NCBI GenBank assembly: GCA_020631975.1
Contig: JACKGO010000003.1
Location: 170,973-234,972 of the forward strand
Length of the DNA: 64,000 bases
Direction: 5' to 3'
DNA from: Candidatus Nomurabacteria bacterium
Lineage (GTDB): Bacteria > Patescibacteriota > Saccharimonadia > Saccharimonadales > CAIOMD01
Position 1 is the stretch's first letter, and the number at the start of each line of letters is the position of its first letter. The position numbers were made by a program, and so were the translations under genes. Positions 38,559-46,184 of the stretch are shown piece after piece. The notes beneath the pieces are model-generated. The model worked only from the letters and a program-made list of their open reading frames with translations. It had not been told where the DNA came from and made no database searches.

Positions 38559-38594
38559 AAAATAGCTCCTAGCAATAGGAGCTATTTTAGTTTT
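38559..38594 (+). terminator. Rho-independent terminator after the RRM gene
   Basis: AAAATAGCTCCTA-GCAA-TAGGAGCTATTTT followed by a T-rich run. Confidence 0.85.
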
Positions 38595-38629
38595 CAGATT
38601 TTACAACCTTGCTCGTGGAAGATATTGCA

Positions 38630-38653
38630 TAAAAAATCCGCCTTCTGGCGGAT
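38630..38653 (-). terminator. Terminator directly after the tRNA-3'-end fragment
   Basis: Minus strand reads ATCCGCC-AGAA-GGCGGAT followed by TTTTTT. Confidence 0.8.
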
Positions 38654-38667
38654 AATTTAACTCTATT

Positions 38668-38817
38668 TGGTGGGGGTGACAGGATTTGAACCCGAAGACT
38701 GCCAGTGGCAGTGTGAGTTCACGCTCATTGACGCTTGATTTCCGCGTCGCTAATTGTTTGCTTATAATGCCGCCAACTAGCACACGTGTTGAGGCTGGAA
38801 CAGCCGAGTGACCAATC
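38668..38817 (-). repeat. Pseudo-tRNA unit: Ile2-like tRNA positions ~40-49 (GATTGGTCAC), a 115-nt insert, then an exact copy of the last 25 nt (GGTTCAAATCCTGTCACCCCCACCA)
   Basis: 38668-38692 is identical to 38854-38878, and 38808-38817 is identical to 38880-38889. The insert contains hairpins GGCTG-TTC-CAGCC, GACGC-N9-GCGTC and CTGCC-ACT-GGCAG. Confidence 0.8.
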
Positions 38818-38818
38818 T

Positions 38819-38847
38819 AAAAATAAAAATACTCCCCACTATGGGAG
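38819..38847 (-). terminator. Terminator-like hairpin after the Ile2-like tRNA
   Basis: Minus strand reads CTCCC-ATAGTG-GGGAG followed by TATTTTTATTTTT. Confidence 0.6.
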
Positions 38848-38853
38848 CACTTT

Positions 38854-38929
38854 TGGTGGGGGTGACAGGATTTGAACCTGTGACCAATCGGTTATGAGCC
38901 GACTGCTCTAACCACTGAGCTACACCCCC
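38854..38929 (-). tRNA. tRNA with CAU anticodon, Ile2 (lysidine)-like; Met not excluded
   Basis: GGGGGTGTAGCTCAGTGGTTAGAGCAGTCGGCTCATAACCGATTGGTCACAGGTTCAAATCCTGTCACCCCCACCA. D-loop and variable loop resemble E. coli ileX; tilS is present in the window. Confidence 0.85.
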
Positions 38930-39071
38930 GTGTTGTAAAGGTGTCTGCCCGTCTGCTGACGGACTGCACCCCGTGGTATATATGTGCGAGCTGCCAAAAC
39001 AATGGTTAGCTGCTATAGTATACCAAACAGCACAATGATTTTACAGATACGATATAATTAGATTACACACC

Positions 39072-39512
39072 ATGAAGCAAAAAGTACAAACAATTATACA
39101 AAAACTCAGCGCGATAGACGCCCGAACATTAGGTTTGCTGGCAGTGCTCTTAGTAGCCGTATCTGTTACATATAGTAGTGCTAAGATTATCCACAAAAAC
39201 TACCAGCTAGAGCAACAAATCACCATTTTGCAACAAAAAAATGCCTTGCAAGAACAAATTAATAGCAACCAAAAACTAAAAAATGAGTATTACAAAACAG
39301 ATACGTACCTAGAACTAGCTGCACGTAAGTTTTTTAACAAAGCTGCTGCGGGCGAAATTCTTGTACTTGTACCAGAAGATGTTGCGATGTCTTATACTAT
39401 TCCGCCCCAAGCAGATAATGCAGCAAAATCTAATACAACACCGTCGTTTCTTACCAATTGGCGTATGTGGCTAGATTTTTTGAGTGGCAAGCCAATAGAC
39501 AAAGAATCTTGA
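39072..39512 (+). CDS. Septum formation initiator (FtsB/DivIC-like) protein
   Basis: N-terminal TM, Leu/Gln-rich coiled coil (YQLEQQITILQQKNALQEQI), then ...YLELAARKFFNKAAAGEILV. Confidence 0.6.
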   Translation: MKQKVQTIIQKLSAIDARTLGLLAVLLVAVSVTYSSAKIIHKNYQLEQQITILQQKNALQEQINSNQKLKNEYYKTDTYLELAARKFFNKAAAGEILVLVPEDVAMSYTIPPQADNAAKSNTTPSFLTNWRMWLDFLSGKPIDKES

Positions 39513-39561
39513 CACATTGCAGTTAAAGCCTTAAAATACGTTATCGTGCCTACATACTATT

Positions 39562-39697
39562 GCAGGTTCGAGCAGTGGCAGCATCGCGAAGGCTCATAAT
39601 CGCGATCAGCGTAAGCGGCGAATATATGATAAGCCAGAGAAAATCTACCATTTACAATTAACTATTTTCACGGAGCGAAGCTATATAACCACAAGGT
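39562..39697 (+). repeat. Scrambled tRNA-fMet-derived mosaic upstream of the intact gene
   Basis: Exact blocks of the tRNA in non-native order: GCAGGTTCGAG (T arm), GAGCAGTGGCAGC (D arm), GGCTCATAA (anticodon loop), ATAACCACAAGGT (39685-39697). Confidence 0.75.
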
Positions 39698-39727
39698 TAT
39701 CCCCTTCACTTCTTAACCACCCTATTT

Positions 39728-39802
39728 TGCGGGGTAGAGCAGTGGCAGCTCGTGTGGCTCATAACCACAAGGTCGCAGGTTCGAGTCCTGCCCCCGCGAC
39801 CA
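39728..39802 (+). tRNA. Initiator-like tRNA-Met (CAU), CCA encoded
   Basis: TGCGGGGTAGAGCAGTGGCAGCTCGTGTGGCTCATAACCACAAGGTCGCAGGTTCGAGTCCTGCCCCCGCGACCA is close to E. coli tRNA-fMet. Weak U1-G72 end pair. Confidence 0.85.
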
Positions 39803-39810
39803 AGAAAAAT

Positions 39811-39836
39811 CACTCACCTTGTGTGGGTGTTTTTTC
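39811..39836 (+). terminator. Terminator after the initiator-like tRNA
   Basis: CACTCAC-CTTGT-GTGGGTG followed by TTTTTT. Confidence 0.75.
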
Positions 39837-39973
39837 TTGTACGGAGTGCAGGACGAGATCCTTTCGGCAATAGCCGAACTGGTTCAGATAATTCAAGCGA
39901 TAAGCGCAGAATTATATGATGAAACCGAATTTATCATTCCAGTATTTAAGATAAATCCGGCTAGAAGCTATAT

Positions 39974-39990
39974 TCCTGCCCCCGCGACCA
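39974..39990 (+). repeat. Exact copy 2 of the tRNA-fMet 3' end (TCCTGCCCCCGCGACCA)
   Basis: 17/17 identity with 39786-39802, followed by the same AGAAAAA; preceded by GAAGCTATAT as in the upstream mosaic. Confidence 0.9.
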
Positions 39991-39998
39991 AGAAAAAA

Positions 39999-40026
39999 TC
40001 TTTAGCATTTGCTAGGGATTTTTTCT
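39999..40026 (+). terminator. Terminator-like hairpin after copy 2
   Basis: TCTTTAGCA-TT-TGCTAGGGA followed by TTTTTTCTT. Confidence 0.65.
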
Positions 40027-40160
40027 TTATCTTGGGATAAGACTCGGTTCTGCGACTCGGCAAGCTTACTTGACGATAGTCGCAGGTTGGAAGACAAAGC
40101 TTGCGCGCAGGTGCTTGCACCGAGCACAAGCTGCAGGCGCATCGAGCCTTAGCAAGATAT

Positions 40161-40177
40161 TCCTGCCCCCGCGACCA
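40161..40177 (+). repeat. Exact copy 3 of the tRNA-fMet 3' end
   Basis: 17/17 identity. A further tRNA block GTCGCAGGTT lies at 40079-40088, 72 nt upstream. Confidence 0.9.
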
Positions 40178-40219
40178 TGTAAAAGAGTTAGGTACGAGTT
40201 AAAAGGTTTAGATAATTTA

Positions 40220-40765
40220 CTACGATATTTCTAGTACTAGATTTTGAAATTTTAGTGTGTCGCTCGTATATGGCTCGCCTACGTTAACAAATCCTATTTG
40301 TCTGAGTAATCTACTACTAGCTTCGTTTGTGATTAGATGTCTTGAATATATGACCTTACTGCCAAGCCCTTGAAGATACTCAATAACGGCACTAACACTA
40401 GCAGAACCAATACCTTTACCCCGCATAGCTGGGTCACCAACCATAATATGCACTGATGGACCAGGTAGGTAATGTGAGTCTTCTAAGTCAACCCAAATAG
40501 AACCAACTACTGTGCCGTTATATTCAATCATCCAGTTCAGCTGGTCTGTACGTTCTAGAAAGTTTCTGACCCTTTCTGATTCTGTTTCTACTGTTGTTGG
40601 GAGTATGTTATCTATAACGTCCTTTGTGTTCCCCATAGATTGCATAGTGACATGTCCTAGTTCACCATTAAGCCATTGCACGCCAAGTTTGGTGTCACGC
40701 TGTACGTCTGGAACTATTAGTGTTATAAGGGAATCAGTAGTTTTAAGCTCGGGTGCCTTCATCAC
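40220..40765 (-). CDS. GNAT family N-acetyltransferase
   Basis: Acetyl-CoA motif MRGKGIGSASVSAVIEY; 181 aa. Confidence 0.85.
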   Translation of the reverse strand: MMKAPELKTTDSLITLIVPDVQRDTKLGVQWLNGELGHVTMQSMGNTKDVIDNILPTTVETESERVRNFLERTDQLNWMIEYNGTVVGSIWVDLEDSHYLPGPSVHIMVGDPAMRGKGIGSASVSAVIEYLQGLGSKVIYSRHLITNEASSRLLRQIGFVNVGEPYTSDTLKFQNLVLEIS

Positions 40766-40808
40766 TGTATTTTAGCAGGTATTGTCTGTGGCGGTCTTTC
40801 TTCAAGTT

Positions 40809-41366
40809 TTATTGCCGTAAACTCTTTGTAGCGTCTGAAACTTTGGTTACTTCTGACAGCAACGAGCTGGCATCACCACGCACCAGCTCTGGTTTAATAG
40901 AACCATCGTTATTAAAGGCAGCCCATACATCAAGCACGTGGTACCGTGATTTTAGCGGGAACATACGTAGTTCGCTGGCAATATTTACTAAATGCTCAAT
41001 TGCACGGGTCGCACCCATGCCACCGTAGCCGACAAAGGCAACAGGTTTATATGCCCATTCTTTATATAAATAATCTATAGCATTTTTAAGTACCGCAGAT
41101 GTACCGTGGTTATATTCTGGGGTTACCCACACATAACCATCTGCTTTGCTAATGATTTGTGACCATGATTTTGTATGATCTTTACTGTATTGATCCATCA
41201 TCGCACTTTTAGGTTCATCTAGCATTGGCAAATTAATATCTGCTAAATCTATAATTTCAACCGTTGAACCAGCCGGTATTTGGGCCTGAGACATAAACCA
41301 ATCGGCAACGTTACGGCCAACACGTCCAGGGCGGGTAGAGCCAACTATTACTTGTATATGCGCCAT
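40809..41366 (-). CDS. NAD(P)H-dependent FMN reductase family oxidoreductase
   Basis: MAHIQVIVGSTRPGRVG..., TPEYNHG flavodoxin-like motif. Confidence 0.88.
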   Translation of the reverse strand: MAHIQVIVGSTRPGRVGRNVADWFMSQAQIPAGSTVEIIDLADINLPMLDEPKSAMMDQYSKDHTKSWSQIISKADGYVWVTPEYNHGTSAVLKNAIDYLYKEWAYKPVAFVGYGGMGATRAIEHLVNIASELRMFPLKSRYHVLDVWAAFNNDGSIKPELVRGDASSLLSEVTKVSDATKSLRQ

Positions 41367-41474
41367 ATTTGTATCTCCTTTTCTGTATATAGTATATACG
41401 CTTTACTTTGTATAGTCACTACTATACTGCATATCACTATACTTTGTAAAGTCTATTTATGGTATACTTTTTGT

Positions 41475-41801
41475 ATGAAGACTCAATCAGCACCCCAAGA
41501 ACTACAAAAAGCTGGTTGCATTGCAAAAGCACTGCAGATACTTGGTGATAAATGGACGCCCCTGCTGATTCGTGAACTAACGTTATGCCCGCAAACATTT
41601 AGCGATTTAGAAAAATTACTAATAGGCATTAGCCCGCGCACACTAAGCCAGCGTCTTAACATGCTTGTGCAAGAAGATATTGTAGACAAGCGCTTGTATT
41701 GTGAGCACCCACCCCGCTATTCATACCAGCTGAGCCCAAAAGGTAGAGATTTGCAAACCATACTTCAGGACATGGCCCAGTGGAGTGCGAAATATAAGTA
41801 A
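41475..41801 (+). CDS. HxlR family transcriptional regulator
   Basis: From the ATG at 41475: ...CIAKALQILGDKWTPLLIREL...FSDLEK.LIGISPRTLSQRLNMLVQEDIV. Divergent from the FMN reductase gene. Confidence 0.88.
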   Translation: MKTQSAPQELQKAGCIAKALQILGDKWTPLLIRELTLCPQTFSDLEKLLIGISPRTLSQRLNMLVQEDIVDKRLYCEHPPRYSYQLSPKGRDLQTILQDMAQWSAKYK

Positions 41802-42791
41802 TTAGTTGTTTTGTAGCTTTGTAATCTCGTTATCTAGATGTTGCAACATTTCTGCTGCTGTTGTGCTGCGCATAAAGACATCTCTAAAAGCGCTTGCCCC
41901 TTCAATACCATGAATATATATCTTTGCCATTCGTTTTAGACTTTCCCAGTTACGGACCCACCTAGTTTCATCGTTTTTTGGTTCATAAGTTTGGCAAAAT
42001 AATTCTATGTGCTGTTTGTACATTTGTAGTTTTTTTACTTGTGAAGTATATGCCCACGGACTTTGTGTAGCGAATACATATGGGTCATGAAAAATAGCCC
42101 GCCCAATCATAATGCCATCTAAGCGGTGCTGCATTGCTAGTTGTTCACCCTCCTGCCTGCTAAGTACATCACCATTGCCAACAACAAGAGTGTGAGGCGC
42201 CACGCTATCCCGTATCGTTCGTATGTGCGCGATATCGTTCCAACGAGCTGGTACTTTGCTCATTTCTGTTTTAGTGCGCCCATGTATGGTGAGCATATCT
42301 ATATCTTGCTTTAGTAGCAGCTCAGGCCAGCTGTAATCAACTTCATTCCAACCGGTACGGGTTTTTACACTTACTGGTATACGGCCAGCCACACCACGCT
42401 TAACGGCGGCTATGATGCTAACTGCAAGCTCGCGGTTATTAATGAGCGCCGAACAACAGCCGTTTTTTGTGATTGATTTATCTGGGCAACCCATATTAAT
42501 ATCAACACCAGCAAAGCCCATAGCAACAAGTTCTTTGGCGGTTTTTTCGTAATTTTCTGGATTTTTGCCCCATATTTGAGCAATTAACGGGCGTTCTTTA
42601 GCAGTGTAGTCTAACCTGTGCAGCAGTTTGTCACGCCCCTTACTTTGTAAGCCGTCTACATTGACGAATTCAGTAAAAAATAAATCTGGTGGTGAACAAT
42701 CTGCAACAATCTGGCGTAAAACTGTATCTGTGACGTCATCCATTGGTGCCAAAACAAAAAATGGCCTCTTTAGACTATGTAGTGAAAACAT
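41802..42791 (-). CDS. dus: tRNA-dihydrouridine synthase
   Basis: LAPMDDVTD, DINMGCP, HGRT TIM-barrel motifs. Confidence 0.9.
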   Translation of the reverse strand: MFSLHSLKRPFFVLAPMDDVTDTVLRQIVADCSPPDLFFTEFVNVDGLQSKGRDKLLHRLDYTAKERPLIAQIWGKNPENYEKTAKELVAMGFAGVDINMGCPDKSITKNGCCSALINNRELAVSIIAAVKRGVAGRIPVSVKTRTGWNEVDYSWPELLLKQDIDMLTIHGRTKTEMSKVPARWNDIAHIRTIRDSVAPHTLVVGNGDVLSRQEGEQLAMQHRLDGIMIGRAIFHDPYVFATQSPWAYTSQVKKLQMYKQHIELFCQTYEPKNDETRWVRNWESLKRMAKIYIHGIEGASAFRDVFMRSTTAAEMLQHLDNEITKLQNN

Positions 42792-42807
42792 ATTTTGTTA
42801 TTATACG

Positions 42808-43188
42808 CTACGAATCATTAAGTTGGCGCTTACGCGCATCGCTATCTCTAGCTGGTGGCTGGTTTTCTTGGTACACTAGTACCTCTTCTATGTAGCAGAC
42901 TAAGCCAGAAGCTTCTTCTTCAGTAATTTTTTGATTTACATAAGCTTGTAAAATCATATCTTCTAGCTTGCGTACTATGAGTGGTTTTTGTAAATCGCTG
43001 TAGAATATTTTATTAGACAAATTTACCGCTTCAGCAGACACAAACTCTATTTTTTCATCATCGTGATAAAGGGGTTTCATACCTAACGCCGCCCGACCAT
43101 CATCAGTCCATTTTTTGCTCTTTCTGCGATCGATTGGTAATTTTTCATAAGCAGAAGGATCATAATTTGGAAAATTAGCGCTATCCAT
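42808..43188 (-). CDS. Hypothetical protein (126 aa)
   Basis: Intact ORF between dus and the ABC-2 operon; no recognisable family. Confidence 0.5.
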   Translation of the reverse strand: MDSANFPNYDPSAYEKLPIDRRKSKKWTDDGRAALGMKPLYHDDEKIEFVSAEAVNLSNKIFYSDLQKPLIVRKLEDMILQAYVNQKITEEEASGLVCYIEEVLVYQENQPPARDSDARKRQLNDS

Positions 43189-43220
43189 AAATATATTATA
43201 GCATGTTTATGCTTATATGT

Positions 43221-44321
43221 CTATTCCCAGCGGAAGACTCTAAACGCAATAAGGTAAATTACGAGTGCCCATACGGCCACTAGCCCTACCTGTGGGAGAA
43301 TTTCTAGCATACCCTTGCCTTCTGTCACAATAAGTCGCACCCCATCAATAACGGGTGTTAGTGGTAATAAATTGGTAACAGATTGTAGCCATTCAGGCAT
43401 GAGAAACCTTGGAAAAAACGTGCCAGACAAAAATATCATTGGAAATGTCACTAAATTACTAAGCGGTGCAGCTTGGCGTTCGTTCTTTGCCCAGCCACCA
43501 ATAGCTAAGCCAATGCCATATATCATGACAATGCTAAGCGCCACAAACGCTGCGAATGTTACATAGCTACCTTTCATCTGTAAATCAAAAACAAGTAGAG
43601 AAAAAATAAACATCGTAGCGATAGATAACATCCCAATCAGGCCCTGTGACCCAACGTTTGCTATAAAATAGTGCCTCACTTTCAAGGGTGTTGTATGTAA
43701 GCGACGCAATACGCCTTGTTTTTTAAGCTCTGGAAAGACATTGGTCGGGCCAAAAATGCCAAGGCTAATAATTGCAAAGCCCACTAAACCAGCAAAGGTG
43801 TAATCAAATTGCGACAGACCTTGTGCCTTGGTAGATTCTTGCACAACAGTAAAAGGTACGTACGTATCAACAAACTGTTTATTCAACTCGTCCATCTGGG
43901 CTTTTAGTATAGAAGACAACGCACTACCAGCTTGCTGACTATTTTCATTGTATAAAACCGTTACTTGCCCTGATGGAATACCATTTTGTTGTTGGCCAAA
44001 ACTCTGGGGCAGAATGATTGTTGCATCTAGTTCGCTTCTTTGCATCTTTTTAACTGCTTGGTCTTTATTATCAATTGAACTGTCAATTTTTAGAATATTT
44101 GATTGGCCTGCACTATTAACAAATTGTGTCGCTATCTGACTACTTGATTCGTTAATTAGTGCTACCTTAAATGAGACGTTGTTATCACCGTTAAATAAAG
44201 ATCCAAATATTATCAAAAATATTAACGGAAAGGCAATTGTAAAGAAAATAGCCAATTTATCACGAAAAAAACGTTTTGTATTTATTACCGCAATTGTTTT
44301 AATAGTGTAAAAACTGCTCAT
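43221..44321 (-). CDS. ABC-2 type transporter permease
   Basis: N-terminal TM, large extracytoplasmic loop, five C-terminal TM helices; follows the ATPase gene. Confidence 0.85.
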   Translation of the reverse strand: MSSFYTIKTIAVINTKRFFRDKLAIFFTIAFPLIFLIIFGSLFNGDNNVSFKVALINESSSQIATQFVNSAGQSNILKIDSSIDNKDQAVKKMQRSELDATIILPQSFGQQQNGIPSGQVTVLYNENSQQAGSALSSILKAQMDELNKQFVDTYVPFTVVQESTKAQGLSQFDYTFAGLVGFAIISLGIFGPTNVFPELKKQGVLRRLHTTPLKVRHYFIANVGSQGLIGMLSIATMFIFSLLVFDLQMKGSYVTFAAFVALSIVMIYGIGLAIGGWAKNERQAAPLSNLVTFPMIFLSGTFFPRFLMPEWLQSVTNLLPLTPVIDGVRLIVTEGKGMLEILPQVGLVAVWALVIYLIAFRVFRWE

Positions 44322-44326
44322 ATGGG

Positions 44327-45088
44327 CTAATCTCGTAGTTCTTTACCTGTTAAATCTATAAAGACATCTTCTAGGTTGGCTTGGTTTACCTGACGTTTCT
44401 TTTTGAACCCTCGCATTAACAACTGTTCTACAAGTATCTGAGGAGTATCTACTGCTATCACGACCCCTTTATCCATAATTGCTACACGGTCACAAAGCAA
44501 TTCAGCTTCTTCCATATAATGCGTAGTAAGCACTACAGTAACACCGTTGGCTTTGATGCTTTTTACGAGCTCCCATATGTTACGACGTGCTTGTGGGTCT
44601 AAGCCTGTAGTGGGTTCATCCATAAATAGTACTTTCGGACTATGTACAAGTGCTGCAGCAATGCTAAGCCGCTGCAATTGCCCACCAGATAGTTGCTCGG
44701 TATACGTAGAGGCTTTATCTAGGAGACTTACTTTTTGAAGCAAATCGTGGCTACTACTTTTTACACCATAAGCAGCGGCAAACATGTCTAATACTTCTAC
44801 CGCTTTAGTTTTATCTTGAAAGGCTGGTGATTGAGGTTGCACACCAATACGGTAACGGATATCTGTTGGGTGTGTAGCCACGTTGATGCCGTCTATATAC
44901 GCCTCGCCTGCATCAATAAGGCGCAAGCCTTCTATCATTTCTAACGTGGTCGTTTTACCAGCACCGTTAGGGCCTAATATACCAAAGATCTCGCCCTGAG
45001 CGATTGAAAAAGAAACACCGTCAACAACTTTCTTGTTATCGTATTTCTTTACAAGCTTTTTTACCTTGACGACCGCTGATTTTACCAT
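44327..45088 (-). CDS. ABC transporter ATP-binding protein
   Basis: GPNGAGKTT, LSGGQ, FMDEP. Confidence 0.95.
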   Translation of the reverse strand: MVKSAVVKVKKLVKKYDNKKVVDGVSFSIAQGEIFGILGPNGAGKTTTLEMIEGLRLIDAGEAYIDGINVATHPTDIRYRIGVQPQSPAFQDKTKAVEVLDMFAAAYGVKSSSHDLLQKVSLLDKASTYTEQLSGGQLQRLSIAAALVHSPKVLFMDEPTTGLDPQARRNIWELVKSIKANGVTVVLTTHYMEEAELLCDRVAIMDKGVVIAVDTPQILVEQLLMRGFKKKRQVNQANLEDVFIDLTGKELRD

Positions 45089-45115
45089 ATATCTATAACT
45101 ATACGCTGCTTCATA

Positions 45116-45152
45116 TAAAAAGTCAGCGACCCACTAAACGTGATCGCTGACT
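45116..45152 (-). terminator. Terminator after the 66-aa gene
   Basis: AGTCAGCGA-N14-TCGCTGACT, followed on the minus strand by TTTTT. Confidence 0.65.
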
Positions 45153-45174
45153 AATGTATTCTCTTAGTAATTTG

Positions 45175-45375
45175 CTATTTTTTGTCGCGCTTTACTGTCA
45201 AGAAACCGTTACGAGGATTTTCGTTTACGCTCATACCGTCTGGTAGATCGCATGCTTCAGGTCGCTCATCCTTACTGAAGTAATAAATAGTTTGCTTCTT
45301 GCCACCGCGTAGAACTACATCTTTTGAGTTCAAGTGATATGTTACACCTTTTGAGTTCGTGTGTTGATACGCCAT
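45175..45375 (-). CDS. Small conserved-looking hypothetical protein (66 aa)
   Basis: Basic beta-rich ORF with its own terminator; no family assigned. Confidence 0.55.
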   Translation of the reverse strand: MAYQHTNSKGVTYHLNSKDVVLRGGKKQTIYYFSKDERPEACDLPDGMSVNENPRNGFLTVKRDKK

Positions 45376-45541
45376 ACTCTTCTCCTTACACTGTTAGTAG
45401 TACTTTTACCATACCCTCTTGTGGTAACTGTTGTCAACAGGTTTTATGTGAGTTGAAAAAAAGTTGTTGCCAAAAGCCTTATGCTTGATTACACTATAAG
45501 GTACATAAACTGTTAATTAATATAAAGAGGTAAAGGGGTAT

Positions 45542-46129
45542 ATGGAACAGTTAAATCGTATGAATAGGCCGGCTCCAGCTGGTGGGCAAGTACCCGTGCA
45601 AGCACCTGTAAACCACGGTGGTGCATCAAAAAATAAGAAACCTAAGGTAGGAACAATTGCAAAGATTGCAGCAGTTGCAGCTGTCGTAGTACTTCTCATT
45701 GCACTAGTCTTTGTTTTTGTAATAAAAAGTACCCAAGGTATTTCAGCAGAAATCAATAAAGACAAGTACCAAGCTGTGTTCTTAAATAGCGCAGATGGTC
45801 AAGTATACTTTGGTAAATTAAGTGAATTAAATGGTGACTACTACAAGCTCAACGACATTTACTATGTACGTGTAGAGCAAGTTCAGCCAAATCCAAACGA
45901 ACAGCCAACTCAAAATATATCACTTGCGAAGTTGGGTAACGAAATACACGGTCCAGAAGATGTAATGTACATCCGAAAGGAACATGTAATGTTCTGGGAA
46001 AACCTAAAAGATGATGGTCAAGTTGTTACAGCAATAACTGAGTACAAGAAAAACGGCGGTAATCCTAGCCAAACTCAGAACCAGAACCAAAATCAACCAC
46101 AACAACCACAACAAGATACCAACAATTAG
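45542..46129 (+). CDS. Membrane-anchored hypothetical protein with Gln/Asn-rich tail
   Basis: Disordered N-terminus, one TM, globular domain, C-terminal QTQNQNQNQPQQPQQ. Confidence 0.6.
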   Translation: MEQLNRMNRPAPAGGQVPVQAPVNHGGASKNKKPKVGTIAKIAAVAAVVVLLIALVFVFVIKSTQGISAEINKDKYQAVFLNSADGQVYFGKLSELNGDYYKLNDIYYVRVEQVQPNPNEQPTQNISLAKLGNEIHGPEDVMYIRKEHVMFWENLKDDGQVVTAITEYKKNGGNPSQTQNQNQNQPQQPQQDTNN

Positions 46130-46151
46130 TTAGTACTTTACTGGTTACAAT

Positions 46152-46184
46152 AAAAAAGCTCCCCGTAAACGAGGAGCTTTTTTA
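46152..46184. terminator. Bidirectional terminator between convergent genes
   Basis: AAAAAAGCTCC-CCGTAAACG-AGGAGCTTTTTT. Confidence 0.8.

Noticed and set aside
38668-38817. tmRNA (ssrA), suggested by the tRNA-like T-arm, acceptor and CCA end followed by a strong terminator
   Set aside because: No 5' partner (GGGGGTG) is present to close an acceptor stem, so no G3-U70 alanine identity pair is possible with CACCCCC. The unit is about 150 nt, against my recollection of roughly 350 nt for a typical tmRNA. There is no plausible tag ORF ending in an ALAA-like peptide, and the 25-nt end is simply identical to the neighbouring tRNA.
39052-39074. Near-leaderless transcript for the ftsB-like gene (TATAAT 14 nt before the ATG, no SD)
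   Set aside because: It rests on a single -10-like hexamer in AT-rich DNA with no -35 support. That is too weak to report as a feature.
39819-40040. 73-aa ORF in the six-frame track
   Set aside because: It runs across a terminator hairpin and across tRNA-fragment copy 2 (translated as PAPATKKK). It has no SD. It is best explained as a chance ORF in repeat DNA.
40079-40100. SRP RNA domain IV-like motif (CAGGTT-GGAA-GACAAAGC resembles CAGGUCC-GGAA-GGAAGCAGC)
   Set aside because: The first 10 nt (GTCGCAGGTT) are an exact block of the adjacent initiator-like tRNA. The conserved AGCA of the symmetric loop is not matched, and no extended helix 5/8 pairing partner is found.
39786-40177. CRISPR-like array (three identical direct repeats at regular spacing)
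   Set aside because: The repeats are 17 nt and are the tRNA 3' end. The spacers are about 170 nt rather than about 30-40 nt, only three copies exist, and there are no cas genes.
40220-45375. The gene block next to the tRNA-fMet scars as a genomic island (GNAT, FMN reductase, HxlR, ABC-2 exporter, small ORFs)
   Set aside because: There are no integrase, excisionase or mobility genes and no distal att copy that I could find. The block contains the housekeeping gene dus. Composition cannot be evaluated rigorously by eye. This remains only a possibility, not a call.
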